Source: an uncultured Chloroflexia bacterium
GTDB lineage: Bacteria; Chloroflexota; Chloroflexia; QHBQ01; JADMIH01
DNA length: 64,000 nucleotides
Direction: 5' to 3'
Assembly: GCA_963797095.1 (NCBI GenBank)
Contig: CAWCNY010000006.1
Span: 224,001-288,000 of the forward strand
The notes beneath the pieces are model-generated. The model was not told the origin of the DNA and made no database searches. It saw only the letters and a list, made by a program, of their open reading frames with translations. Position 1 is the stretch's first letter. The number at the start of each line of letters is the position of its first letter. Below are positions 20,195-31,582 of the stretch, piece by piece. Made by a program: the position numbers and the translations under genes.

Positions 20195-20424
20195 AGTGAT
20201 TGAGCGCGGCTCAAGCGCAACACATTGGGCGCTTATCGGTGTTCAACTTCGGTCTGATAATCTCGCTAAATAGCAAGAGACCACCTACAGCACTTTGCTT
20301 TGACTTGTAATATTGTAGCAACTTCCCCACGCCTGGATAGGCGGCAAGATTATTAATCATCAACGTGAAGAGGTGTAGCACCTGAAATCTGTGACTCTTT
20401 GAGGCTATTGTGCTTATGTTGTGG

Positions 20425-21735
<1,311 letters not shown>

Positions 21736-21827
21736 TTATAAACCATTTACCTTACACGTACGGACTGTTTATTGGTACACGAAGATACGAAGAAGAGCGA
21801 AGGGTACGATGTATCTTTGAGTAACGC

Positions 21828-21858
21828 AAAACCCCCACCGCGAGCGCGTGAGGGGGTT
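21828..21858 (-). terminator. Probable terminator after the HNH gene
   Basis: Minus strand AACCCCC..CGCG..GGGGGTTTT hairpin with T tail. Confidence 0.6.
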
Positions 21859-21885
21859 AGCTGAAGCCCTGTTTAGGTTAGGGCT

Positions 21886-22428
21886 TCAGCTTGGGTTGCC
21901 GGAGGATACCTGGGTCTGGATGCCAGGGAGGTATATCAGCCATTCTTGTAGTGGGCCATGCTCGAGATAGCGGTGCACCATGTAGTAGACATTCGAACGA
22001 GGCTCGCGTGGGAGGCGGGCAAGGTGCATGCGGGTTTCGGTGAGGTGTTTGCCGCCTTTGCGGTGGTTGCACGATTTGCAGGCGCTCACCAGGTTTTCCC
22101 AGGTGTGCGGGCCGCCTTTGCTGCGCGGGATTACGTGGTCGATAGTGAGGTCACGCGTGCGAGTTCCACAATACTGGCAGGTGTAATTGTCTCGGATAAA
22201 AATCTCCCGCCTGCTGAGTCGCGCTCGCGGGCGGGGGCGTTTGATCAAGTGGGACAATCTGATTACCGAAGGGCAGTGGATGGCGCGGGTAGGAGTGTGG
22301 ACAATCTGGTGATTCAGTTCAAGCACTTCGGCTTTGCCGTCCAGCACGAGCACAAGGGCGCGTCTGACGTTGCACACATTCAACGGCTCGAAATTTTGAT
22401 TCAAGACCAGCACCGGGGCATTATACAT
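21886..22428 (-). CDS. HNH endonuclease (McrA-like family)
   Basis: VLVLNQNFEPL, IFIRDNYTCQYCG, TIDHVIPRSKGG, WENLVSACKSCNHRKG. Confidence 0.92.
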   Translation of the reverse strand: MYNAPVLVLNQNFEPLNVCNVRRALVLVLDGKAEVLELNHQIVHTPTRAIHCPSVIRLSHLIKRPRPRARLSRREIFIRDNYTCQYCGTRTRDLTIDHVIPRSKGGPHTWENLVSACKSCNHRKGGKHLTETRMHLARLPREPRSNVYYMVHRYLEHGPLQEWLIYLPGIQTQVSSGNPS

Positions 22429-22564
22429 AGCTCTCTTTACCACACACTACACACTAATAATAACCTACGCTCTGCTATGTGGGCAGGCTACCCCCTCGTG
22501 TCTGCCCGCTAACTTCAATATACCATAAGTCGATTTCTGCAAGCAACAATCTGCACGCCCAGAC

Positions 22565-22579
22565 TGGCACATCTCTTGC
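22565..22579 (+). promoter_or_regulatory. Candidate sigma54 (-24/-12) promoter
   Basis: TGGCAC-ATCTC-TTGC, exact consensus spacing, 80 bp upstream of the debranching enzyme gene. Confidence 0.55.
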
Positions 22580-22659
22580 GAGCGATCGGGTTCCACTGTA
22601 GAATCGTTCACATGCACAAAATGCCGATCCAGTAGATCCAATTTCCAACTACCAGAAGT

Positions 22660-24972
22660 ATGTCAACGCTATCCCAACAACTCATTTTGAAGGAAGGCAA
22701 CATCTTCCTTGTCAGCCATGACACGGGAGATATCACGGGAAATACCGGACAGGGGATGTACTACCACGACATCCGCCACCTCTCCTACTTCACCTTTGAG
22801 GTGAATGGGCAGACACCGGACATTCTGAGTTTTTCGGGTTATCGCAATTTCATGGGCACGCTACAGCTGACGAACGGTGTGTTCCAACTGGAGGATGGTT
22901 CGCTAGTCAGGCCCGAAACGCTCAGCATCCGCCGCAGCCGGTTTATCACTAACGGCCTGCACGAGCGGCTTGGTTTCGCCAACTACAACCGCTTTCGCGT
23001 GCCGATCACGGTTACGCTGGCCTTCGGTGCCGATTTCCGCGACCTATTTGACCTGCGCGGCTTCCCGCGCAAGGAGTGGGGTAAGTTGCTGCCGCCCATA
23101 TGGGTGGATGGGAAGCTGGCGCTTGGCTACGAGGGGCTTGATGGTTTGCTCCGGCGCACCGAAATCACCTTTGACCTGGCCCCGGACGATATAGAGATAA
23201 GGAAGCCCTCTATTAGCCAGCCTGTGATCGAGTCCACTGAACTGCTTCCGGCGATAGGTGCGCCCTCATACTCTATCACTATCGAGCCTCCAACGGCCTT
23301 CCTGACCTGGCATTTCACTCTGGAGCAGGGCACACCTTATTCTCTGGCGTTCCACGTCAGACCTGTGGCTGATGATGGGCCCGAAACACCGCATGGTGGG
23401 CAGAGAGAAAGAGCAGATGAGCGCCCACCGGAGACGGTAGTAGATCATCACCGCCAGTCGCCTGCATTCCTAACTCCGCCCGATCCGAGCGACGGGTCGC
23501 AAAAGCTGTTCGACAAAGCAGTGAACTATATGCGCATGAGCTACCTGAACTGGGAGCAGGAATGCACCGATATCACGACCGATAACGAAGAATTCAATCA
23601 GGTCCTGTGGCGGAGCAAGTATGACCTGCGGGTGCTGTGCGATGAGGGGGAAGATGGCTATTTCCCCAGCGCCGGAATTCCCTGGTACGTTTGCCCGTTC
23701 GGGCGCGACAGCCTGATCACCTCTTTGCAAACGCTTGCGCTCAATCCGAAAGTGGCCGTGGGAACGCTGCATACGCTGGCGCGATACCAGGGCACGAAGG
23801 TTGACCCCTGGCGCGAAGAGCAGCCGGGGAAGATATTGCACGAATTGCGCATGGGTGAGATGGTCCGCCTGAATCTTGTGCCGCATTCGCCATACTACGG
23901 GTCGATAGACGCCACACCGCTGTTCATAATGCTTTTTGTCGAGACGATGCGATGGCTGGATGACCAGGCGCTATACGATAGCCTGCTTCCTAATGTAATG
24001 CGCGCCCTGGAATGGATCAACTCGTATGGTGACATAGACGGTGACGGTTTCGTGGAGTATGTAGCCGCGACGCATCAGGGCGGCATACGAAACCAGGTGT
24101 GGAAAGATAGCTCGGACTCGATCCAGATGCCCAATGCAACCCTGGCCGAAACACCTATCGCGGCGGTTGAGGTACAGGCGTATGTGTATGCCGCCAAGAA
24201 AGGGCTGGCCGATCTGCTGTTGCGCAAGGGCGACGCTTCGACGGCCAGGCGATTGACCAGGGAGGCCGAAGCCCTGAAGAAGAGATTCAACCAGGTGTTC
24301 TGGATGCCCAAAGTTGGGTTCTATTGCCAGGGGCTTGATAAGGAGAAGAGGCAGGTGCCCACGATCAGCAGTAATCCGGGGCACGCATTGTGGACGGGGA
24401 TCGCGGACCCTGAGAAGGCGCAACTGACCGTTCAGCGCATGATGGAGCTTGATATGCTTTCGGGGTGGGGGGTGCGCACGATCAGCAGAGATAGCGCGTC
24501 ATACAATCCGATGAGTTATCACAACGGCAGTGTGTGGCCCCACGACAACTCGATCCTGGCGGCGGGATTCAAGAGGTATGGTTGCGCGGATGAAGCCAAC
24601 ACATTGATGACCCAGATAGAGGAAGCGGCGCAACACTTCCGCTACTCCCGACTGCCCGAATTGTACTGCGGTTTTGGAAAAGACACTATGTACGGGAGCG
24701 GCCCCGCAGAGTACCCGGTGAGTTGCAGCCCGCAGGCGTGGGCGGCAGGCGCGCCGATCCTTATGATGCAGGCTATGCTGGGGTTGGAAGTAGACGCGGC
24801 ATCGAGCCGTGTGCTTCTGAAGCCAAAGCTTCCATCCTGGATCACGCGCGTACAACTCCGGAATTTGAGAGTGGGCACCGATAGGGCCAGCATCGACGTG
24901 AGCAGATTCGAAGGCCGTAACGAAGTCTCTTTGGAGAGCGCGCGAGGCGATATGCGGCTGGAGCTTGGCTGA
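22660..24972 (+). CDS. Glycogen debranching enzyme / amylo-alpha-1,6-glucosidase family
   Basis: AGIPWY..FGRDSL, EEQPGKILHE, YYGSIDATPLF, WKDS, YHNGSVWPHD, RLPELY, PQAWAA. Confidence 0.92.
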   Translation: MSTLSQQLILKEGNIFLVSHDTGDITGNTGQGMYYHDIRHLSYFTFEVNGQTPDILSFSGYRNFMGTLQLTNGVFQLEDGSLVRPETLSIRRSRFITNGLHERLGFANYNRFRVPITVTLAFGADFRDLFDLRGFPRKEWGKLLPPIWVDGKLALGYEGLDGLLRRTEITFDLAPDDIEIRKPSISQPVIESTELLPAIGAPSYSITIEPPTAFLTWHFTLEQGTPYSLAFHVRPVADDGPETPHGGQRERADERPPETVVDHHRQSPAFLTPPDPSDGSQKLFDKAVNYMRMSYLNWEQECTDITTDNEEFNQVLWRSKYDLRVLCDEGEDGYFPSAGIPWYVCPFGRDSLITSLQTLALNPKVAVGTLHTLARYQGTKVDPWREEQPGKILHELRMGEMVRLNLVPHSPYYGSIDATPLFIMLFVETMRWLDDQALYDSLLPNVMRALEWINSYGDIDGDGFVEYVAATHQGGIRNQVWKDSSDSIQMPNATLAETPIAAVEVQAYVYAAKKGLADLLLRKGDASTARRLTREAEALKKRFNQVFWMPKVGFYCQGLDKEKRQVPTISSNPGHALWTGIADPEKAQLTVQRMMELDMLSGWGVRTISRDSASYNPMSYHNGSVWPHDNSILAAGFKRYGCADEANTLMTQIEEAAQHFRYSRLPELYCGFGKDTMYGSGPAEYPVSCSPQAWAAGAPILMMQAMLGLEVDAASSRVLLKPKLPSWITRVQLRNLRVGTDRASIDVSRFEGRNEVSLESARGDMRLELG

Positions 24973-24975
24973 TCC

Positions 24976-24990
24976 TGGCACGCTAATTGC
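24976..24990 (+). promoter_or_regulatory. Candidate sigma54 (-24/-12) promoter
   Basis: TGGCAC-GCTAA-TTGC, exact consensus spacing, about 90 bp upstream of the GT4 start. Confidence 0.55.
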
Positions 24991-25082
24991 GATATACAAC
25001 CTGATGACCTGGCAAAGGCGGCGGGCTTCCTGATCCGAAGCAACTGTATATGAAAGGTTTAGAAAGGTTGTGTGGAAACGTC

Positions 25083-26216
25083 ATGAAGATCGCTCAAGTC
25101 TCTCCACTCTACGAAAGTGTGCCCCCCAAGCTGTATGGAGGCACGGAACGGGTCGTGTCTTACCTTACCGAGGAACTGGTGAACCAGGGGTACGACGTAA
25201 CCTTGTTCAGCAGCGGCGATTCAATCACACAGGCCAAACTGGTAGCATGTTGCCCTCACTCTTTGCGACTGGATACGGAAAGTGTAGACCACCTGGCCCA
25301 CCAGATGCTCATGCTTGAGCGCGTGTTCCAGCGCGCGCAAGAGTTCGATATTATCCATTTTCATATAGATTACTTCCACTTCCCACTTTCCAGGCGACAT
25401 GACTTACCGAACGTTACCACTCTGCATGGCAGGCTCGATATTCCGGACCTGGTTCCAATATATCGCGAGTTCCCTGAGATGCCTGTGGTGTCGATCTCGG
25501 ATGCACAGCGGATGCCGCTCTCCTGGATCAACTGGCAATCTACGATCTATCACGGTTTGCCGCTCGATCTATACACCTTCAATGAGAAGGATGGCGATTA
25601 CCTTGTGTTCGTGGGACGTATTTCACCGGAGAAACGCGTGGATCGAGCTATAGAGGTCGCCAAGCGCACCGGTATGAAGCTTGTGATAGCTGCCAAGGTG
25701 GACAAGGTTGACCAGGATTACTTCGAGGAAAAGATCGAGCCGATCCTGGATCACCCTCTCATCGAGTATATCGGTGAGGTCAATGAAAGCGAGAAGAACG
25801 ACCTGCTGGGCAACGCCTACGCGTTTGTATTCCCGATAGATTGGCCTGAACCGTTCGGGCTGGCAATGGTAGAGGCGATGGCGTGCGGCACGCCTGTGAT
25901 CACCGTGCCATGTGGCTCGACTCCTGAAATAATCGAACAGGGCGTGAACGGTTTCATCTGTGAGACCGTGGATGATATGGTAGAGGCGGTGCCCAGGGTG
26001 GCAGGCCTGGACCGGCGGCTATGCAGGGAATCGTTCGAGAGCCGCTTCAGCGCGCCGCGCATGGCCCGCGATTATGTTGAAGTCTACAGGCGTCTCATTG
26101 CGAAAAAGGAGGCGAGCAGATCTGCGCTTGATATCCTGGGTGGCTGGCGCCCGGCAGACCTGGTGGATCGTCCGCTGGCTGCGGACGGCGGGATAATAAG
26201 CGAGCATATAGCTTGA
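25083..26216 (+). CDS. Glycosyltransferase family 4
   Basis: MKIAQVSPLYESVPPKLYGGTERVV, GRISPEK, WPEPFGLAMVEAMACGTP. Confidence 0.93.
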   Translation: MKIAQVSPLYESVPPKLYGGTERVVSYLTEELVNQGYDVTLFSSGDSITQAKLVACCPHSLRLDTESVDHLAHQMLMLERVFQRAQEFDIIHFHIDYFHFPLSRRHDLPNVTTLHGRLDIPDLVPIYREFPEMPVVSISDAQRMPLSWINWQSTIYHGLPLDLYTFNEKDGDYLVFVGRISPEKRVDRAIEVAKRTGMKLVIAAKVDKVDQDYFEEKIEPILDHPLIEYIGEVNESEKNDLLGNAYAFVFPIDWPEPFGLAMVEAMACGTPVITVPCGSTPEIIEQGVNGFICETVDDMVEAVPRVAGLDRRLCRESFESRFSAPRMARDYVEVYRRLIAKKEASRSALDILGGWRPADLVDRPLAADGGIISEHIA

Positions 26217-26236
26217 CCCGATCATAAGGGCCTTCT

Positions 26237-26275
26237 TAGACAAAATGGCGGCTTAGCCGCCATTTTGTCTATTTT
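26237..26275 (+). terminator. Terminator hairpin (possibly bidirectional)
   Basis: 16-bp perfect stem TAGACAAAATGGCGGC-tta-GCCGCCATTTTGTCTA then TTTT. Confidence 0.85.
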
Positions 26276-26300
26276 AGAAACAGATTGCATAATCTAAGCA

Positions 26301-28172
26301 ATGATGATGAACGCGCAAAACAGGCGGGGCCGGGTGCGGCGTTTGGCCGGTACGGTTACATTGCCCATCGCTCTTTATGTGGTAGCGGCTGGACTGTTGC
26401 TGTTTGACCTGGGGAGCCACCCGGCTTTTACTTACAACTGGGAGAATAACACACTCCAGGGGCTATTCCCCTTTATGGAAGAGCCTTCGCTATCGCCGTT
26501 CAAGCTCCTTGAGGGCTTGATGACGGATAGCGGGTCGTCTCCCTGGGTGGTGTTCCCTGCGTGGGCCGGATTCGGCTGGGGCGGGGTGTCGCTGTTCTGG
26601 TTGAGAGCACCCCTGGCGTTGCTGGCGGCGATGGCGGTGCCGCTGTTGTACGTAGTGGGGTGCGAGACTATAGCACCAGGCTCAAAGTTGAGGGTTAGGA
26701 GCGGGGCGCTGCCTTTGCGCTCCCGTATTCTGTCCGTAATGCCAATAGTGGCTGCTTTGCTGCTGGCGTTATCGCCAGTGTACTTGTTGTATGCGCGCAC
26801 CGCGACCGTCGTGGGGGTGTCGCTGGTGCCCGCTTTGCTTACGGTGCTGGCTTTGTACGGAGTGTTGCAGAGGCCGGACCTGTGGTGGAGAACGGGGGCG
26901 CTACTGGGCACGCTGGTGCTTGGGGCGTATGCATATGCGCCGATAAGGTTCCTGTGGCCGATGTGCGTGGGTCTGCTGTTGCTGGAGGCGTTTGCTCGGC
27001 GGAAGGAGAAGGCGCGCAAAAGGAGACTTGTGGCGTCGGCGCTGCTGCTGGTGGTGGCGATGGCCGGGTTTATTACGGCGTTCGATTTCGAGCATGACCA
27101 CGACCCGATTATTTCGGTGGGATATTACTACGCGGGGCGGGGCGAGCAGATTGCGAACCTGCTGGTGAACGGGGATGAATATAACGAGGTGGTTAGCCCG
27201 GAACTTCAGATCGATATGCCCTCCGTTGAGGGTCTCGCGTGGAGCTTGGTGACGAAGAACGTGGTGGATATGGCGAACCTCTTTCTGGATAGGGAGACCC
27301 AGCCAGCGCTCAGCGATTACTGGAACCCACATGGGAGGCTCATCCCCTCGTGGGTGGTGCCCCTGCTGGCGGTGGGATTTCTGAGGGCCGGGTGGCTGGG
27401 GTTGAGGCGCAAGGCGTTCCGATGGCGGGTGGTGGTGCTGCTATTCCTCGGTTTCACGCTCCCGATGTTGCTTACTTCGCAAGTGCACATCGGGCGGTTG
27501 ATATTCGCTTTGCCGCTCATTTGCCTGTTCGTGACTCTTGGACTTGTTTCAATTTTGGATTTTGGATTTTGGATTTTGGATTTACCAGGCCCTCGTAGGG
27601 GCAGCGGAGCAGCTTTGCGTTCGACGCTCGTGCCAATGTCGGATGGCAAAGGGCTGCTCACGCGGCCGGTTCCCAGGTCTGGGGTCTATCGCGTGTGGGC
27701 CTGGGTTTCGGTGGTGGTGATTGCCGGGCTGGTCGTGTGTGTTGGGTGGTCTACGTGGATGGAGTACAGCATCGATGCGCCGCCCACATATGAGGCGCTG
27801 GTGACTCCCTTGTTGAGGTCGCAGGTAGGTGAGGCGGCGCGGCGGGGAGGCGGCCTGGCGTTGGTGACGGGGTCCGATGAGGGGCTGACCCTGGAGGAGA
27901 TCAATTCCAACCAGTACAGGCTGCTGTTACGCGACGCCTACCACCTGTACAATCTGGCGACAGGCGACATTGATGTTCGCAGGCCGGGGGATACACGCCC
28001 GGCGCTCTTTATCGGTGGGCTTATGGACAGGCTGAAGGAGCCTGAGAAGATGCCGAGCTATTGCCAGAACGTTTATCTTGTGTCTCCGAATCTGATAGAT
28101 CAATTCAAAGCGCTAGCAGACAGCCACTCAGATATGTGTCCTGAGCCGGTTGTGTATCATAAGCTGCCTTAG
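26301..28172 (+). CDS. Multi-pass membrane protein, ArnT/PMT-like (GT-C) glycosyltransferase
   Basis: N-terminal TM then acidic 'WEN' loop, RAPLALL, AALLLALSP..LLYAR, many TM helices and a C-terminal extracellular domain. Confidence 0.7.
   Translation: MMMNAQNRRGRVRRLAGTVTLPIALYVVAAGLLLFDLGSHPAFTYNWENNTLQGLFPFMEEPSLSPFKLLEGLMTDSGSSPWVVFPAWAGFGWGGVSLFWLRAPLALLAAMAVPLLYVVGCETIAPGSKLRVRSGALPLRSRILSVMPIVAALLLALSPVYLLYARTATVVGVSLVPALLTVLALYGVLQRPDLWWRTGALLGTLVLGAYAYAPIRFLWPMCVGLLLLEAFARRKEKARKRRLVASALLLVVAMAGFITAFDFEHDHDPIISVGYYYAGRGEQIANLLVNGDEYNEVVSPELQIDMPSVEGLAWSLVTKNVVDMANLFLDRETQPALSDYWNPHGRLIPSWVVPLLAVGFLRAGWLGLRRKAFRWRVVVLLFLGFTLPMLLTSQVHIGRLIFALPLICLFVTLGLVSILDFGFWILDLPGPRRGSGAALRSTLVPMSDGKGLLTRPVPRSGVYRVWAWVSVVVIAGLVVCVGWSTWMEYSIDAPPTYEALVTPLLRSQVGEAARRGGGLALVTGSDEGLTLEEINSNQYRLLLRDAYHLYNLATGDIDVRRPGDTRPALFIGGLMDRLKEPEKMPSYCQNVYLVSPNLIDQFKALADSHSDMCPEPVVYHKLP
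27552..27583. repeat. Heptamer repeat ATTTTGG x4.5 inside a CDS
   Basis: Encodes ILDFGFWILD. Confidence 0.9.
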
Positions 28173-28175
28173 GTC

Positions 28176-28241
28176 GGACGATGGACGATTGTAGTTCCGC
28201 GTTCCGCGTTCCGAGTTCCGAGTTCCGAGTTGCTGGTTCTG
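28176..28241. repeat. Heptanucleotide tract
   Basis: ggacgat x2 then (a/c)gttccg x5, agttgct, ggttctg. Confidence 0.88.
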
Positions 28242-28257
28242 ACGAGCTGCTACCCAC

Positions 28258-28287
28258 TGTCACAAATACCGGTGTAGCGGTGTTATT
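28258..28287 (+). promoter_or_regulatory. Candidate ECF autoregulatory promoter
   Basis: TGTCACA-16 bp-TGTTATT directly upstream of ECF sigma 1. Confidence 0.4.
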
Positions 28288-28326
28288 CTTGTAGATTGCG
28301 CGCAAACTGATTTGTTGGGAGTGAGT

Positions 28327-28941
28327 ATGACGACCGGCGGCGACCGTGATAGCGATCATGAACTATTGGCCTGCCTGCGGAAGGGTGAAAAGGGTGCCTA
28401 CGAAACCCTTTTTATGAGGCATTACGGGGCGATGTATGGCGTGTTGTACGGTCTGACGGGGAGCAGGGAGGTGGCGGAAGATGTGGCCCAGGAGACTTTC
28501 CTGGCGCTGTACAATGAGCCTCCTGCACTTGATGAGGGTCGCGCTCTGGTGGCGTGGCTGTGCAGAGTAGCGTTGAACAAGGCACACAATGCAATGCGGG
28601 GCGCGCAGCGTGCATACGCCAGGGAAGAGAGGGTGGCCCGGCTGGGCAGTGAAACATCACTGCCTGAGGAGCCTGAGGAGCATCTCTTGCGGGCAGAAGA
28701 GCATACGCGAGTGCGTGATGCGCTGGCGCAACTCTCGGAGCGTCAAGGCAAGGTGCTGCTCCTCAGGAGCGCCGGATTGACCTATGCAGAGGTTGCCGAT
28801 CTGTTGGGTGTTGCCCCAGGCTCGGTCGGTACGTTGCTTGCTCGTGCTGAGCGGGCTTTCATGGAGGCTTACAGAAAGGTAGAGGCAACGTCGCTCGCGA
28901 GGGCGCAGGAAGTACGCTTGCGCACGGAGGGGATGAAATGA
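28327..28941 (+). CDS. ECF RNA polymerase sigma factor 1
   Basis: Region 2 (AEDVAQETFL..AWLCRVALN) and region 4 (LLLRSAGLTYAEVADLLGVAPGSVGTLLARA). Confidence 0.93.
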   Translation: MTTGGDRDSDHELLACLRKGEKGAYETLFMRHYGAMYGVLYGLTGSREVAEDVAQETFLALYNEPPALDEGRALVAWLCRVALNKAHNAMRGAQRAYAREERVARLGSETSLPEEPEEHLLRAEEHTRVRDALAQLSERQGKVLLLRSAGLTYAEVADLLGVAPGSVGTLLARAERAFMEAYRKVEATSLARAQEVRLRTEGMK

Positions 28942-30821
28942 AGTCTCAGTGTGTGGATGAAGGTACGCTCAGGGCGTACATAGATGGAGAGCTTGCGACG
29001 GCGGAAAGCATGGAGGTTGGCGAGCATATTCAGGGGTGCGCGGTGTGCAGGCTGAGCCTGAGCGAACAACAATTGGTGATCTCGCAGGTGAGCGGTTTGC
29101 TGAAATCGTATTTGCGAGTGTCTATGCCTACAATTGAAACAGCTTTTGAGAGTGCGGTGGTTGGATCGCCAATATCTGGCTTGAGCAAAGTGAAGGCATC
29201 AAGAGAGCAGGTCAATGAAGTGGATCGTCCGGTTCGGTTATGGGAGCCGCGTCGTGGTTGGCTGGCGATGGGGATGGGGGTGGCGGCATTGGCTTGCCTG
29301 GTATTGCTGGCCTTCGTTTTGCCTGGTTTCTTGAGGGCACAGGGCGATGTATCAGCGCCTGATCTCCCGGCTGGTAGCATGATTGTGAGCGTGTCGCAGC
29401 CGAGTGATAAGGAGTTCACGCCGTTTGTACCTGCGGGCAAGGTGCGGCATATCGTGGTGGACTACATCACTGAATATACGGGAGTGGTGCAGCCTGCTTC
29501 ATCCCAAAGCGTGGAGGTGTGGCTGGCAAACGGGCAGGAGCATCTTCTGATGAGGAAGATCACGCAAACCGTCGGTGCTCCGCCTCAGTATCAGAGCGAG
29601 TTTGTAGTCAACGATGAAGCCGCCTGGTATTACAACCCTGCTGTGGTTGTAACGTATGATGGCAGCACGACTCTGTCGGACAGGCAAAATGACGATGGAG
29701 CGGTGGGTTACAGGATGGATTACTCGCCTGAGTTCTTAGCCCCTTATGTGCCCGATCCTGGCATCATCTCAGATTTGTTGGAGCAGTCCAACACCCAGGT
29801 TACGGGCAATGGTACGCTCGATGACCGACCCTATGAGCTGGTAGAGAGCCTGGGGAACGTCTGGCAGGGTGCCAGGATTGACAGGCTATCATCTCTCACT
29901 ACCTGGTCTACCATGCCAGTCCTACAGATCAGCAAGCTGTTTGCCGATCCCGATTATGTGTGGGTATCCAGAGCCGGATCGGTGCCCCCAGGTGTGCATG
30001 TCACGCCTGAGCCGTCTTTGCCGCCCATTGTGACGTTGCTGACAGGCATCGCGTCAACTCATAGCTCGAATGTGGACTACAGCCTGTGGGTTGATAGCGA
30101 GACTGGCAGGGTATTGCAGGCGCAGGCTAAGACCAGAATCTTTATGACCGGTGATGACGGAACGACTGAGACCGAGGGGTACGAGAGACAAACGATGAAG
30201 ATCAGGACCGATGAGTTGTTGGATGTAAGTCAGGTCTCCTCTGATCTGTTTGCCTTCAGCGTGCCGGAGGGGCGACAGGTGGATCGGGCTGTACCGGTGT
30301 TCGTCAGATTGGTCGCACCAGGAACTACTACTGGCGAGCAGTCTAGCTGGCAGGTGTATAGATCGCCCGATGGTGATTCTATGGCGGTGATGCCTGGTGA
30401 GGATGGCATAGATAGCCAAAGTGATGGCTGGCACCTGCATACGACTATCCTATCTGACTTGCCTATCACCTTTACCGTTGGCTATCGAGACCTCGATATA
30501 TCGCAGGTTACAGGGGATGAACACGCGATGATCGAGTCGGAGTTGGCAACAGTGGTTAGCCGGACGCGTGGCATCGTGCTTGCGTCGGGTGTGGTGATGC
30601 TGGACGGACACGCTGGCAAGGAGGTTACGATCAGGGGCGGGGATAATGCGTATACACGTATGCGTGTCTTTCTGGTTGGGAGCCGAATGTACGAGATCTA
30701 CGCAAGCGCGCCCGACAACTCGGTGCTGACTTTTGTTTCAGGCTCGTACGGCTCTTCCTATGGCAAATATGATGTGGGGGTTGGCACCTTCCTCACTTCG
30801 CTGACGCTTCTGAGCAAATAA
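28938..30821 (+). CDS. Zinc-binding (ZAS) transmembrane anti-sigma factor with large extracellular region
   Basis: LRAYIDGEL..HIQGCAVC motif; one TM helix; LolA-like beta domain; C-terminal PsbP-like domain; ATGA overlap with sigma. Confidence 0.85.
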   Translation: MKSQCVDEGTLRAYIDGELATAESMEVGEHIQGCAVCRLSLSEQQLVISQVSGLLKSYLRVSMPTIETAFESAVVGSPISGLSKVKASREQVNEVDRPVRLWEPRRGWLAMGMGVAALACLVLLAFVLPGFLRAQGDVSAPDLPAGSMIVSVSQPSDKEFTPFVPAGKVRHIVVDYITEYTGVVQPASSQSVEVWLANGQEHLLMRKITQTVGAPPQYQSEFVVNDEAAWYYNPAVVVTYDGSTTLSDRQNDDGAVGYRMDYSPEFLAPYVPDPGIISDLLEQSNTQVTGNGTLDDRPYELVESLGNVWQGARIDRLSSLTTWSTMPVLQISKLFADPDYVWVSRAGSVPPGVHVTPEPSLPPIVTLLTGIASTHSSNVDYSLWVDSETGRVLQAQAKTRIFMTGDDGTTETEGYERQTMKIRTDELLDVSQVSSDLFAFSVPEGRQVDRAVPVFVRLVAPGTTTGEQSSWQVYRSPDGDSMAVMPGEDGIDSQSDGWHLHTTILSDLPITFTVGYRDLDISQVTGDEHAMIESELATVVSRTRGIVLASGVVMLDGHAGKEVTIRGGDNAYTRMRVFLVGSRMYEIYASAPDNSVLTFVSGSYGSSYGKYDVGVGTFLTSLTLLSK

Positions 30822-30841
30822 AGCAAACCGTTATCTTGGAT

Positions 30842-30890
30842 AATCCGCCTTCACGCGCTATTTGAGATGAGTAGCCATGGAGGCGGATTT
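30842..30890 (+). terminator. Hairpin between the two ECF operons
   Basis: AATCCGCCTTCA...TGGAGGCGGATT followed by T residues. Confidence 0.5.
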
Positions 30891-30896
30891 TGTGTA

Positions 30897-30923
30897 TGTT
30901 ACTTTTCCATCGTTTCGGGCGAT
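30897..30923 (+). promoter_or_regulatory. Candidate ECF autoregulatory promoter
   Basis: TGTTACT-16 bp-CGAT, 30 bp upstream of ECF sigma 2. Confidence 0.45.
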
Positions 30924-30952
30924 TACATATATAGAGAGACGACAATCCATGC

Positions 30953-31582
30953 ATGGAATGGAGACGACCGTTGGCAGAGACATTCCGACTGCGCGCCGGC
31001 GCTGACGATCCCGAATGGGCCGATGCTGAAGCTGCCGTTGCCGATGATGCGACACTGGCGGCGCGTGGGGATGTGGAGGCTTTCATAAGGCTATACAGGG
31101 CACATCTTATGCCTGTATATCGCTACCTGTATGTCAGATTAGGCGATGCTGGGGACGCCGAGGACGTTACGCAGCAGGTGTTCGAGCGTGTTTGGTCGAG
31201 CCTCGGCAGTTTCAAGCCTGTACCGGGAGGCTCGTTCAAAGGGTGGCTTGTTACTATCGCTCGCAGGGCGCTGATTGACCATACGCGGGAGCGCAAGCTT
31301 AACCGGGAGTATGTGGCGCTGGATACCCTTGCTGACCAATTGGTGGACCCGGCATTGGAACCGGAGGCGGCAGCGATGCTGGCCGAGCAGGTGCAGTTGG
31401 TGATGAAGGTGATAGACGATCTGCCGGAGGAGGGCCGCGAGGTGATCACTCTTCGGTTTATGGCGGAACTCAGTTACGGCGAGATCGCGCGGATCATGGG
31501 CAAGAAAGAACCGGCTGTGAAGATGGCAGCCTATCGCGCACTGGACATCATACGGCGCAAATGGAGGAATGGCGATGTCTGA
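30953..31582 (+). CDS. ECF RNA polymerase sigma factor 2
   Basis: AEDVTQQVF..FKGWLVTIAR; VITLRFMAELSYGEIARIMGK..AVK..YRAL. Confidence 0.93.
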   Translation: MEWRRPLAETFRLRAGADDPEWADAEAAVADDATLAARGDVEAFIRLYRAHLMPVYRYLYVRLGDAGDAEDVTQQVFERVWSSLGSFKPVPGGSFKGWLVTIARRALIDHTRERKLNREYVALDTLADQLVDPALEPEAAAMLAEQVQLVMKVIDDLPEEGREVITLRFMAELSYGEIARIMGKKEPAVKMAAYRALDIIRRKWRNGDV

